64,000 nucleotides of DNA from Macrostomum lignano. Its lineage: Eukaryota. The stretch spans positions 62,001 to 126,000 of the forward strand of contig NIVC01001464.1 of the NCBI GenBank assembly GCA_002269645.1. Direction: 5' to 3'. Position 1 is the first letter of the stretch, and every line of letters begins with the position of its first letter. A program made the position numbers and the translations under genes. The notes under the pieces were generated by a model. It had not been told where the DNA came from and did no database searches. It was given only the letters and a program-made list of their open reading frames with translations. Shown one piece after another: positions 37,401 through 48,343 of the stretch.

Positions 37401-39996
37401 AAAATGTGCACTGTAAAAAAGTCATAATGTAGATCATAGCAGGTCTATGCACTAAAAAATGAAATTTATAGGTTTTTCAATTTTTATGCTGAAACAAATT
37501 AGAAAGTTGTACTTTAAGTGTAAAGTAGCTTGAACACTAATTTTTAGAGGAAATATTCTTTAAAAATTATAAGAGTTTTACTGAACTTTAAAATAACTGT
37601 TTTTGCTAAAAAATATTATTCTTTGTTTTACTTTTGTTAAAAATTTTCCAGCGTAAAAACAACCTTCTGGACTATGAAAAGTAGGACTTAAGCGCACATA
37701 TACTACATGGTATATAACTATGTTGAATGCATGTAAAAGTCAAATCCTATCTGACTATTCTGTGGCAAACAGCTTCTTTGCAAGCTTCTTTGATGGAGCA
37801 CGCGCATACCTTCTTTTAGGGCACACAAATAGGCTTGTGCAAGAATTCTATCTTGGAGTCTTTCTAAAGTTTAGTAAAAGTTTTGAATTGCTAAAAGTAT
37901 ATTTTTATTAAAAATGGCATATAAACAATTTTAGTCTTGGTTAAGGGTCGACGATATTGAATTTTTGAGATTTTTGAGATTAGCCTCTTTGAGATATTCG
38001 AGATTCAATTGAGATTCGAGACATATAGTGGAACAACAAAAAATATTTAATATGTGAAATAAAGTAAATCCTCTAAATCTGCTACTGGTGGTAGGTCTAT
38101 TAGACAAGCTCCTGGGATTCCAAGAACCCTCTCCGAAGGCACAGAATTCAAAATGATAAAAAAATTTTGCCAACCCAATAAAACAAAGTATTGCTAACTA
38201 TCATTAGCAAACAAAAATACAACTCATTGAAATAACTGGATTACACATTAAATATTCCCATGCGGATACGAGGTACCTAACTGACAAACTAGCGAGACAA
38301 AAGAAACCATCAATGTCACATGTTGAGTGACGTATGAAACATTTGCCGACACTTATTTAGACACTTTAGTTTCTGTCATATGAATTGTAGGAACAAGCAT
38401 TAAATTTGTTTATTCCTCACAAACTACCAGTAAACTGCTTTATTTTAAGCTTTTTTTGCTTTATTTTATTAAATATGAATTAGGAAGTGTCCTGGACAAA
38501 TTTAACATTCTTCTTCACATGAAGAGAATCTAATCTATATAGAATAACAAATTTCATGATTCATATTTAATAAAATAAAGCAAAAAAGCTTAAAATAAAG
38601 CAGTTTACTGATAGTTTGTTAGGAATAAACAAATTTAATGCTTGTTCCTACGATTCGTATGACAGAAACTAAAGTGTCTATAAAAGTGTCTGAATAAGTG
38701 TTGGCAAATGTTTAATGAGTTGAGTGTTGAACTTGGACATCAACTTCAAGTAGCTGATGAATTGCTGGAACATTAATTGTTTGAAGCAAAAATGCATTAC
38801 ATTACAAATAAATTGAAAATAGTAAATATATTGCTCAAAACAGTGCGCATTCTCTAATGCAAGCCATGACCATCGGCATCTATATGCCATGCAGCTATTT
38901 TATTTATAAACTATACATTCTTTGTAATATGCAAAATTTAAACAAAATATTGACATTGACACCATCAGGCTTTATGATATAATACTTCATGCTTCTTATA
39001 TAGATCAAAATGTTTTTTTGAACATTTAATTTTTATCTCGAATCTTGACATTTTTTCAAGATTATGAAGTTGAGATTGAGATTTTGAGAAAACCCCGAGA
39101 TTTTGGATCTTGAGATTGAGATTGAGATCTCATCCAACCCCTAGTCTTGGTGTAATTTCTTTTAAATTTTACACTGGAATTAAATTGAAATAAACATGAA
39201 TTATCATTCCAGCATACGCCTGCCATGATCTAGACTATGGTAGGCCCTACCTAGCATGATCTAGAATATAGTTTAGGCCTAGATAGTATCTTATATAAAA
39301 ATTGTAAAATAAACATTTTGCTATTTATATGATTGATATAACAATAATAACAACTACCTTCTAAAAATTAAAAAATATTTTGGCTAGGCCTAGCATTTAA
39401 AAAACATTATAATATAAAGCTTGATAATATATTTATATTAGGCCAGTAATCAATTGTAATAACAAAAGTACTTACCCAGCTGTATAGTAATGCAGATACT
39501 TAACATCAAGTCCCATTAATTTCAGTGATCCCTTTAGTCCTTTTAACCACTCTTGTCCTTGTAATTTAAGCTTGCAAAGCAAAGATAAAATGTTCCCTTT
39601 AGGACCAGCTCTTTCACCAGTTAAACAAGGATTAAGAGAATCAAAAATACAAGCCATTGAAGTATCTCTTATAGCAGCTTCACGACAAAGAGGATTGTTG
39701 AACAAGGGTTGAAATGTCGTAACTATATTAGCAATGCAGTCGTTCGAAGTAGTTTTTAATTCAGTGCCATCAAAAATTAAACATTGTTGCAGGGTGAGAA
39801 AGTTAACTTGTGACTTTACGAACTCATTCCAAAGTGCGGTAGAGTTGGGGTTCATAGATTTACATTCATTTTCGGCGATGGTGTCATTGCTGATTGTCGA
39901 GTAAGAAATAAATTCTCGGGGAAAATAGATGCACTGAACTGCACAAACCGCTTTCACAACAATGAGAAGCACAGTAAGTTTAATAAGGAATTGCAT
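25485..39996 (-). CDS. TGFBR1: TGF-beta/activin type I receptor Ser/Thr kinase (ALK4/5/7-like L45 loop), 5 exons, 822 aa
   Basis: Exons 39996-39476 (signal peptide, phase 2), 30803-30467 (CCSEPSGCN Cys box), 29919-29269 (TM, GS box TGSGSGLP, IGQGRFG), 28292-27634 (VAVKIFSS, L45 DNIDIGLE, HRDIKS, DFGLAV, VGTRRY), 25785-25485 (PYHDLVP, ECWY). All junctions are GT-AG and phase-compatible. The exon 1 link spans an 8.7-kb intron and is the least certain. The symbol denotes the clade, not strict orthology. Confidence 0.88.
25812..27572. repeat. 38-bp minisatellite in receptor intron 4
   Basis: Unit ggggatctgggatgctggcctcatctgatcagtgtatt, ~46 copies. Confidence 0.97.
28497..29120. repeat. 22/21-bp minisatellite (gataggtggtcatggggtgttt to gaggagtggtcatggattggct) in receptor intron 3
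   Basis: Tandem array whose unit changes gradually along its length. Confidence 0.93.
30032..30187. mobile_element. Shorter, inverted copy of the 8124-8396 MITE in receptor intron 2
   Basis: Same TIR (tatactcagcaacattgaaaagtcg ... gcgactttcaatgttgcttgagcata). The interior is the reverse complement of 8150-8228. Confidence 0.75.
32143..33869. mobile_element. Foldback-like non-autonomous element with short TIRs and inverted subterminal tandem arrays
   Basis: ACCCGATGGAAAA at 32143 and TTTTCCCATCGGGT ending at 33869. The left arm is rich in TAGAGGCT (50-bp unit, 32330-32800); the right arm is rich in AGCCTCTA (33293-33720). There is a unique ~460-bp core. Confidence 0.7.
34317..35104. mobile_element. 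MITE with 18-bp perfect TIRs
   Basis: aggctcattccatataag (34317) and cttatatggaatgagcct (ends 35104); internal gttacgaccat motif repeated four times. Confidence 0.65.
35711..36390. repeat. ~170-bp inverted repeat pair (35711-35880 and 36219-36390)
   Basis: Arms are reverse complements with scattered mismatches. Each arm also has an internal gccatttctattgg/ccaatagaaatggc inversion. Confidence 0.85.
37942..39143. mobile_element. hAT-type non-autonomous element with an 8-bp TSD
   Basis: Perfect flanking direct repeat GTCTTGGT (37934-37941 and 39144-39151). Imperfect TIRs taagggtcgacga / tcatccaacccta; subterminal gagatt repeats. Confidence 0.7.
38337..38713. repeat. ~145-bp-arm hairpin (38337-38482 and 38557-38713) nested in the hAT element
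   Basis: aaacatttgccgacac...aaatatgaat pairs with attcatattt...gttggcaaatgttt; ~75-nt loop; one short insertion in the right arm. Confidence 0.88.
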
Positions 39997-40970
39997 GTTT
40001 GCAGAGTAGGGCTACTTCAAAGATAGGCCTTTAAGTTCACATTTGTCAGTAAAAATTTGTTGGCTTTGTAGTAATTAAAAAATATATTTATTTACAGAAC
40101 AACTCCTCTGCTTCTTGAAATAAATTGGAATATTGAAATGCGCATAATTTTTTGCCTTAAAATAGTACTATTATCAAATTGTTCAAAGCAGAAACCAGCA
40201 ACATAGTAAAACAAATCATTTGACTAATAGATTGTTCTATTTGTTTTCTTTAACTGTATGAATTGAGGTGATTTATTACTTATTTACCAAACTTTCCACT
40301 TTTAAAAGAAATTATTTTGCTTTGTTTACAGTGCCTTGGCAACAAGTTAATAAAGTGAAGCATGCCAAGCAATGGAATGCCGAAATTTTTTTCAAAAAAC
40401 GCTTCAAAGCAAATTTGGCACGCGCCTTACTGATTATTGTTCAAATGCGCCAATACTACGAAATGGCTGCAAAAAACTTTTTGCAACCAAATTAAGCCAA
40501 CTTAATTCTACTGCTCAGATTAGTGTGGAATAATGCATGCATATATGCCAAGGGCATTTGCATAATGGATAAATATTGAAAAAAAATATTTTTGCAATTA
40601 AGATAGTGCTATAAACCAAAATCCAACTTTGTGTATATATTTGTCTACTTTGTGTACATATAACATGTGCATGTACCACTTTTGCATCTGTATGAACTAT
40701 AGTGAAAACAATAATTCACTAGGCCTAATATATAAAATATTATGTAATGTAGGCCTTATTGATATACATAAGCAAGTGCTGCAATGCATAGTGCCAATAA
40801 CATGATATGATGGTTTTTCATTTGACTGATATCTAGATCCTAGGCCCCTACCTCTAGGCTTAGCCAATGCTAAGTGGGCAGACAATAGGCTAAGGCATTG
40901 TCTGCCCTCTTTTTCCCTTTGACTTGCTAAGTTGCTACTTATTTTTATTTTTGCCTTTGGTTTTTTACTT

Positions 40971-41354
40971 CGAAGAGCTTGCGTGCATGGCAGCCGTTCA
41001 CGTAAGCTCAGAATTGCGTGCACTGCACGGCGGCTATCTACCTAGTGCTTTATTTGCATGTATGGCAGCCATTCATCTAGTGTTGAAATTGTGTGCATAG
41101 CAGCCGGTAAATGGCCAGGACTGGGGCCCTTAAATTAAACAATAACTAATTAAAAAGTTATTGTTACTATATTGTTTTATGTTTTATCCCACGTACACCA
41201 TGTACACCCAATGTAATCTTAATTCATTGCTTTTTTGTTAATTTGAATATTATTCGAATAGCTATGACTTACTGTATAGGCCTATAAGATACAGCTCTGC
41301 CGTGCATGCAATTCTGAGCTTACGTGAACGGCTGCCGTGCACGCAAGCTCTTCG
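40971..41354. mobile_element. Mutator-like MITE (~55-bp TIRs, 9-bp TSD)
   Basis: cgaagagcttgcgtgcatggcagccgttcacgtaagctcagaattgc... at the left end, with its reverse complement ending at 41354. Both flanks read TTTTTACTT. Confidence 0.8.
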
Positions 41355-43161
41355 TTTTTACTTAGCTTAGGATCAATGTGTCTATAAATATCAAGGTGGC
41401 ATTGCCATCTATTTTGCTAATATCTGGCTGGCAACCATGGGTAGCTAGTGCTACAGTGTTATGCAGTGATGCAGGGAGTTCTAACTAAAGGTGCTAGTGT
41501 TCTGTGTGTCCAAAGTGCAGTAGGCGTAGTCCCCCTCTGGAGAATCTAGGAAATAGATTGTTGTTCACCCAAATAGCCTTTAAATAATAGACAAGTCACA
41601 AACTTGCCTTTCGTTTTGGTTAGAGTTTTTTATTAGAATTGGCCAATGGCCCTTTTATATAGGCCTAGTTGCAATAGCCCATAGCCAGGTTAGGCAAGTG
41701 TTTGCATAAGATAGGCCTAGGTAAGGCAAAGCCTAAAATGCTCTATCCTACAAATATATCTATCATATATAGGCCTATTATATGCTAGAATCATACATGC
41801 GCAACAGTTAGCCATTCTGGCTGACCGATTTGGCAACCAACCAACATAAGTTGCAAAAATGCCCATCCGAATAAATACCCAAGTAGTACTAAGTAGATGA
41901 CAAGGAATTTTACCTTAATAAGACAAGTCATAGTTACTCCTGCTGTTTACCAAAGTAGCATTATTTTGCTTTAGGGTTTTTTTACATGTAAGTCACATTT
42001 TTGGCCAAAAACCATATTGCATTTTTGGTAAAACTAAGTGCATAAGCAGCATGGCATGTATGGCTAGAATGTTTATCTATATAAAATGTCTAAAATTGTT
42101 ATTAAGAAATATAATAAATATATTCTTATGACTTTATTAAAGAAATTTTGATTAAAAGCAACCAAAATATTTACCAAGATCAATATTAAATAATAAAACA
42201 ATATTTTAGGCAATCATTTTTCTTTTGGCTTTTTGTAGAATAAGAGACTGAAAAAATGACAAGGTTGACAGACCTTGACAAGATCAAGCACACGAGATAT
42301 TTCTTTCATGCCCCTTCCCTTTGGGTTTTTACCTTCCTCTACCTTCCCCTTCAACAATTTTTTAGTTATGCCAATGATTTGTAGCTAATTAATTAATCTC
42401 TTTCTTAATTTATAATGGTATAATGATATATAATCCAATGATAATAGTTCTTTTTTTTCAATCTAACCCAACTAATAGTCCTAATTATAGAGCAAATTGT
42501 ATACCAATAAAAATCTATATTGCTTGAATCTCTAACCCTAAAGACTTAGAGTTATCCCTATAAAAGTTTTAAACTAGCAATATTCATTTATTAATATTGT
42601 TTTATCATTTCTTATCAATTAAATCAATGGATCAATGGCTTTAACAATATTTAATATTTTGTCTAGTTATTTAGTGGCCAATATTATTAATATTAGATCT
42701 AAGAATGAGTTATATAAAATATGCATTTCTATAATTACTGCTATATCTATTTTATTTAAAACCTCCATATCTAAAACTATTATAAAATCTTAATATAGTA
42801 GCTATTAGTTCTGTTTTTATAAATCTCATTCTAATGAATTTATTAAAATACTATAAAATTTTACCTAAGATAATAAAAAAAATTTCTTAAGCCAAAAAGT
42901 AAAAAAATCCGGATATTTAAAGTTCCAAATCATATTTTTTACTTTTCAACTATAATCATAATCTTGTAAATTAATTAGTTAGGTTTGATATTAACCTTAA
43001 GTTGTTATTATCAATGCTCCTAGACTATTTAGAAGTTATTTATACTTTTTTCAGACCATAGATTTTTAAGACCCAGGTGCATTTTAAGCAGCATTGTCAC
43101 ACAGCTAGCAATGACCATAATTGCCCATTCTATCAACACCCCTAAACAGGAACTCACATAG

Positions 43162-43175
43162 GAGTCTATAGCAAC
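43162..43175 (+). promoter_or_regulatory. Candidate RFX X-box (strong 3' half-site) upstream of DNAAF1
   Basis: GAGTCTATAGCAAC ~145 bp before the ATG. The 3' half matches RRNRAC; the 5' half has two mismatches. Ciliary genes are typical RFX targets. Confidence 0.3.
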
Positions 43176-43317
43176 CCTAACTTTATTTGTTATAAGGCTT
43201 GTACGCTCGAAAGTCGACCTTCCAAGGCATTTGTTACATGAGCAGACCCAGGCCAATATTCCAATTTAGCCCTAAATTAATGTGACTGCACTTGGAATTT
43301 AATTGCAATTTCATGTT

Positions 43318-46300
43318 ATGGCAGCAGCAGTTGCAGAAACAGCATTGGTTCCCACTGTGGCCACTCAACAGCAGCCACCAGCAGAAGATACTCAACCAAA
43401 AGATGACTCAAATCTGTACTCATCTCGCCTGCCTCGAATGACCAAAGAGGAGCTCAAGCGAATCTGCAAAGAGCTCAAACTGTACCTGACCCCTCACCTG
43501 AATGACATTCTCTATCTGCACTATAAAGGCTATGCTCGCATCGAGAACCTGGAAGAGTACACCGGCCTCCGCTGCCTCTTCCTCGAGTGCAATGGAATTC
43601 GTAAATTAGAAAACCTGGACGCCCAGACAGAGATGCGCTGTCTTTACATGGCAAAAAATCTGGTTGAACGAATTGAAAATCTTGACTCAATGGTCAACTT
43701 GGACACCATCGATTTGAGTCACAATAGTCTGGAACGCATTGAGAACTTGTCTAACTTGACTAAACTGACTAAAGTGATTTTGGCTCACAATAAAATCTCC
43801 AGCATCGAAGATCTCAAAGGATTGCTGGATTGCCCATCGCTAACCGTGGTTGATTTGCAGCACAATAAAATTGAAGATGCTCAAGTTATTGATGAGATCT
43901 TTGTTAAGATGCCAAACCTGAGGGTGCTATACCTGCAGGGCAACCCAGTGGTCAAGCAGGTAAGGATTTTGGTTTATCTTCTTTGACCCATCTATCTGTT
44001 TATCGTTCCGCGTGCATCTATATCCCACCCGTCTTCCCAACTCTTCCCATCATCCAACCCATCCTCCCATTCCCACCCGTCTCCCCATCCTCTCCCATTC
44101 CCACCCGTCTCCCCATCCTCTCCCATTCCCACCCGTCTCCCCATCCTCCCATTCCCACCCGCCCCCCATCCTCCCATTCCCACCCGTCTCCCCATCCTCC
44201 CATTCCCACCCGTCTCCCCATCCTCTCATTCCCACCCCATCCTCTCCCATTCCCACCGTCCCCCATCCTCCCATTCCCACCCGCCCCCCATCCTCCCATT
44301 CCCACCCGCCCCCCCCCCCATCCTCCCATTCCCACCCGCCCCCCCCATCCTCCCATTCCCACCCGTCTCCCCATCCTCCCATTCCCACCCGTCTCCCCAT
44401 CCTCTCCCATTCCCACCCGTCCCCCATCCTCCCATTCCCACCCGTCTCCCCATCCTCTCCCATTCCCACCCGTCCCCCCATCCTCCCATTCCCACCCGCC
44501 CCCATCCTCCCATTCCCACCCGTCTCCCCATCCTCCCATTCCCACCCGTCTCCCCATCCTCTCCCATTCCCACCCGTCTCCCCATCCATTCCAACTTGTC
44601 TCCCCATCCTCTCCCCTTCCCACCCGTCTCCCCATCCATTCCAACTTGTCTCCCCATCCTCTCCCATTCCCACCCGTCTCCCCATCCATTCCAACTCGTC
44701 TCCCCATCCTCCCCCCATTCCCACCCGTCTCCCCATCCATTCCAACTCGTCTCCCCATCCTCTCCCATTCCCACCCGTCTCCCCATCCATTCCAACTCGT
44801 CTCCCCATCCTCCCATTCCCACTCGTTTCCCCATCCTCTCCCATTCCCACCCGTCTCCCCATCCATTCCAACTCGTCTCCCCATCCTCCCATTCCCACTC
44901 GTTTCCCCATCCTCTCCCATTCCCACCCGTCTCCCCATCCTCACATTCCAACTCATCTCCCCATCCTCCCATTCCCACTCGTTTCCCCATCCTCTCCCAT
45001 TCACACCCGTCTCCCCATCCCATTCCAACTCGTCTCCCCATCCTCCCATTACCACCCGTCTCCCCATCATCCCATTCCCACCCGTCTCCCCATCCTCTCC
45101 CATTCCCACCCGTCTCCCCATCCATTCCAACTCGTCTCCCCATCCTCCCATTCCAACTCGTCTCCCCATCCTCCCATTCCAACTCGTCTCCCCATCCTCT
45201 CCCATTCCCACCCGTCTCCCCATCCTCTCCCATTCCCACCCGTCCCCCCATCCTCCCATTCCCACCCGTCTCCCCATCCTCTCCCATTCCCACCCGTCTC
45301 CCCATCCTCCCATTCCCACCCGTCTCCCCATCCTCTTACAATTTCTTCTTAACCTCCATCCTACCGGTCTACCCACAGCCTCTCTATCTGTTCCCAAAGA
45401 ATCATATTTTACCCCCCCTACATATCTACGAGCTAACACCTGAAATCTACCCCAACATTTACAGATAAAATTCTACCGCAAGACGCTGACCCACAAGCTG
45501 CCCAACCTCACTTACCTGGACGACCGTCCGGTGTTCCCCAACGACAGGCGCTATGCTGAGGCCTACTTCTCCGGCGGGGCGGAAGCGGAACGAGCCGAAC
45601 GGAAACTCGTGCAAGAAGAAGAGCAGCAAAAGACCATGGCTAGCGTGGAGTGGCTGCTAAGGAAGCGCCAGAAAAATGAAGTGGCCACCGCTCAGGTGGG
45701 GGGGACTTAAAACATCCAATCAGGATAATTGTGAAATCCATTTAAAAGTCACTAAAAAACGTTAAAATGAGAATCATCCCCAAATCTAACCTGAGAATCC
45801 TCTAAATCTCACCTGGGAATCGTCCCCAACTATCACCTGAGAATCGTTTTTAAATCTCACCTGAAAATCGTCCCCAAATATCACCTGAGAATCGTCCCCA
45901 AATCTAACCTGAGAATCGTCTAAATCTAACCTGAGAATCGTCTGAATCTCACCTGGGAATCGTCCCCAACTAACACCTGAGAATCGTTTTTAAATCTCAC
46001 CTGAGAATCGTCCCCAAATATCACCTGAGAATCGTCCCCAAATCTAACCTGAGAATCGTCTAAATCTAACCTGAGAATCGTCTAAATCTCACCTGGGAAT
46101 CGTCCCTAACTATCACCTGAGAATCGTCTTTAAATCTCACCTGAGAATCGTCCCCAAATATCACATGAGAATCGTGTTAAATCTCACCTGAGAATTGTCC
46201 CCAACTATCACCTGAGAATCGTCCCCAAATCTCACATGAGAATCGTCCCGAAATCACACCCGAGAATCGTCCCCAAATCTCACCTGAGAATCGTCCCCAA

Positions 46301-47272
46301 ATATCACCTGAGAATCGTCCCCAAATCTAACCTGAGAATCGGCTAAATATAACCTGAGAATCGTCTAAATCTCACCTGGGAATCGTCCCCAACTAACACC
46401 TGAGAATCGTTTTTAAATCTCACCTGAGAATCGTCTCCATATCTCACCTGAGGATCGTCCCCAAATCTCACCTGAGTATTGTTCCCAAATCTTACCCGAG
46501 GATCGTCCCCAAATCTCACCTGAGTATTGTTCCCAAATCTTACCCGAGGGTCGTCCCCAAATTTCACCTGAGAATCGTCTCCATATCTCACCTGAGAATC
46601 GTCTCCAAATATCACCTGAAAATCGTCTCCAAATCTTACCTTGACAATCGTTCCCTAATCTCACCTGAGAATCGTCTCTAAATCTCACCTAAGAATCGTT
46701 CCTAAATCTACCTTCACCTGTCCTCATTGTACCCTCAGGCAAAGGCGGAGGCTGCCGCGGTGTCGCGAGGCGAAGACCCCGCCTCCGTGCCTCCCGTGGA
46801 TCCCGCCAAGTGCGACTGGCTCTACGGCGATCACGTGACCTCCGACACCAACAGCGATGGCTTCGTTGACGTGATCGAAGCCGACCCACCCACCGGCGAT
46901 GCCGGAGACGCCGTCGACAACCTGCCAATGATTGCTCCGCGTCAGAATGACGGCGGTGGAATTTTCTCCTCTGTCGCCAAGGATGCAGAAGAGCCGGCCG
47001 CGGATTCCAGCATCCTGTTGCTAGGCAACTCGCAGCCGTCTGAGGACAGGGATGCCGCTGCGCCCGCTGTGAAGAAATCTCCGCTGATTGTTGAACTGGA
47101 TGACATTCAGCCGACTGTTGACGAGCAGATCAGCACCACCAAGGAGCCGGCGGCTGCTCCAGTTGAGAGCAGCTCGACGCTGTCGATGACTGAAATTCGC
47201 GACGCTCTCGAGGTGGCGGCGACTGCGGCAACTGAGGCTGCTAAAAGTCAGCTGGACGATGAGCTGGATTGA
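43318..47272 (+). CDS. DNAAF1: Dynein axonemal assembly factor 1 (LRRC50/ODA7), 3 exons, 468 aa
   Basis: Exons 43318-43959, 45465-45695, 46739-47272 (all phase 0). [56 protein letters not shown], LRRs, LRRcap [25 protein letters not shown], acidic low-complexity tail. Confidence 0.96.
44020..45335. repeat. C-rich minisatellite (cccatcctcccattcccacccgtctc)n filling DNAAF1 intron 1
   Basis: Degenerate tandem array; explains the long Pro-rich and Gly-rich ORF calls at 43983-45468. Confidence 0.95.
45770..46712. repeat. 24-bp minisatellite (ctgagaatcgtccccaaatctcac)n in DNAAF1 intron 2
   Basis: Tandem array; same family as 49262-49915. Confidence 0.95.
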
Positions 47273-47625
47273 TTTGTTGATTGACTAATTTATTGATTGA
47301 TTTACTGATTATCGATTGATTGATTCATTGATTAGTTGATCGATTAATCGATTGATTTATTGATTAATTTTAGATTTATTGATTAATTGATTAATTTATT
47401 GGTTGATTGATTAATTAATTGATAGACTGAATATGATCGATTGATCGATTGATTCATTAATTGATTGATCGATCGATATATTGATTAATTAAATTGTTGA
47501 TTGATTAATTAATTGATCGATCGATTGGTTTATTGATTAAGTGGTTGATTGATTAATTAATTGATCGATCGATTGATTAATTGATTGACTGATTATGATC
47601 TATTGATTGATTGGTTGATTAATTT
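47270..47625. repeat. ATTG/GATC/TTAA low-complexity tract immediately after the DNAAF1 stop
   Basis: gattgattaattgatcgat-type motifs. Confidence 0.85.
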
Positions 47626-48064
47626 TCTTATTCAAAAGTTATTGATTCAGACTGTGATTTTTCTGTTTTTTTTTCTAATTTCTGTTATTCCGTCCAAAAA
47701 TGTGTGTGTGCTTTTTTAATATAAACTATTCGAAAAAAACAAGTGCACTGTTTAACTACTGTTCAGGGTGAATTTAAGTAGTACGAGTAGCGCTGGGATT
47801 CGCTAAATTTATTATTAATTATAATCGTTTTCTTTACTTTTTTAGTTTACCTATATTGTTTTTGTTTGATGGCAACGTTACAAAATACACTCCAGCTTAC
47901 TCACAGAGCCCTGGCTCTTTACGACAGGTTAAACAGCGAGTTGCTATCAGTGTTAGTGTTCTAGTGTGCATATAGCATTGCTTTTTTAGGAATTTAGCGT
48001 GGCAATATCAAATAGGTGCATTGTTATTCCCACCTCTACCTTATTTGGTCTCTGCCATATCTGT

Positions 48065-48245
48065 GCCCGTCTAGCCCATCTACTTTAACTCCCCATCTAC
48101 CTCACTTCATCTACCCCACATCCTCATCTACCCCACATCCTCATATATATACCTCATAGATATACCTCATCTCCCCATCTACCCCACCCTCCTATCCACC
48201 CAATCTACCGCACTACCCTCTACCCTACCCTGTTATCTACCATCT
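48065..48245. repeat. C-rich (catctacccca)-like tract upstream of MRPL54
   Basis: Degenerate tandem motif. Confidence 0.7.
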
Positions 48246-48343
48246 TATAAATCGTTTCCAACATAATGAATTATTAAAGTTTAAAGCCAACCAGCGACTT
48301 ATAATATTAGCTCAAATGACGCTATCATCCACCCGCTCTATTC

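Noticed and set aside
43983-45468. Long Pro-rich and Gly/Trp-rich ORFs (up to 486 aa) on both strands
   Set aside because: They are stop-free translations of the DNAAF1 intron 1 minisatellite. The flanking exons join in frame without them, and intron retention would hit a stop at 43984-43986.
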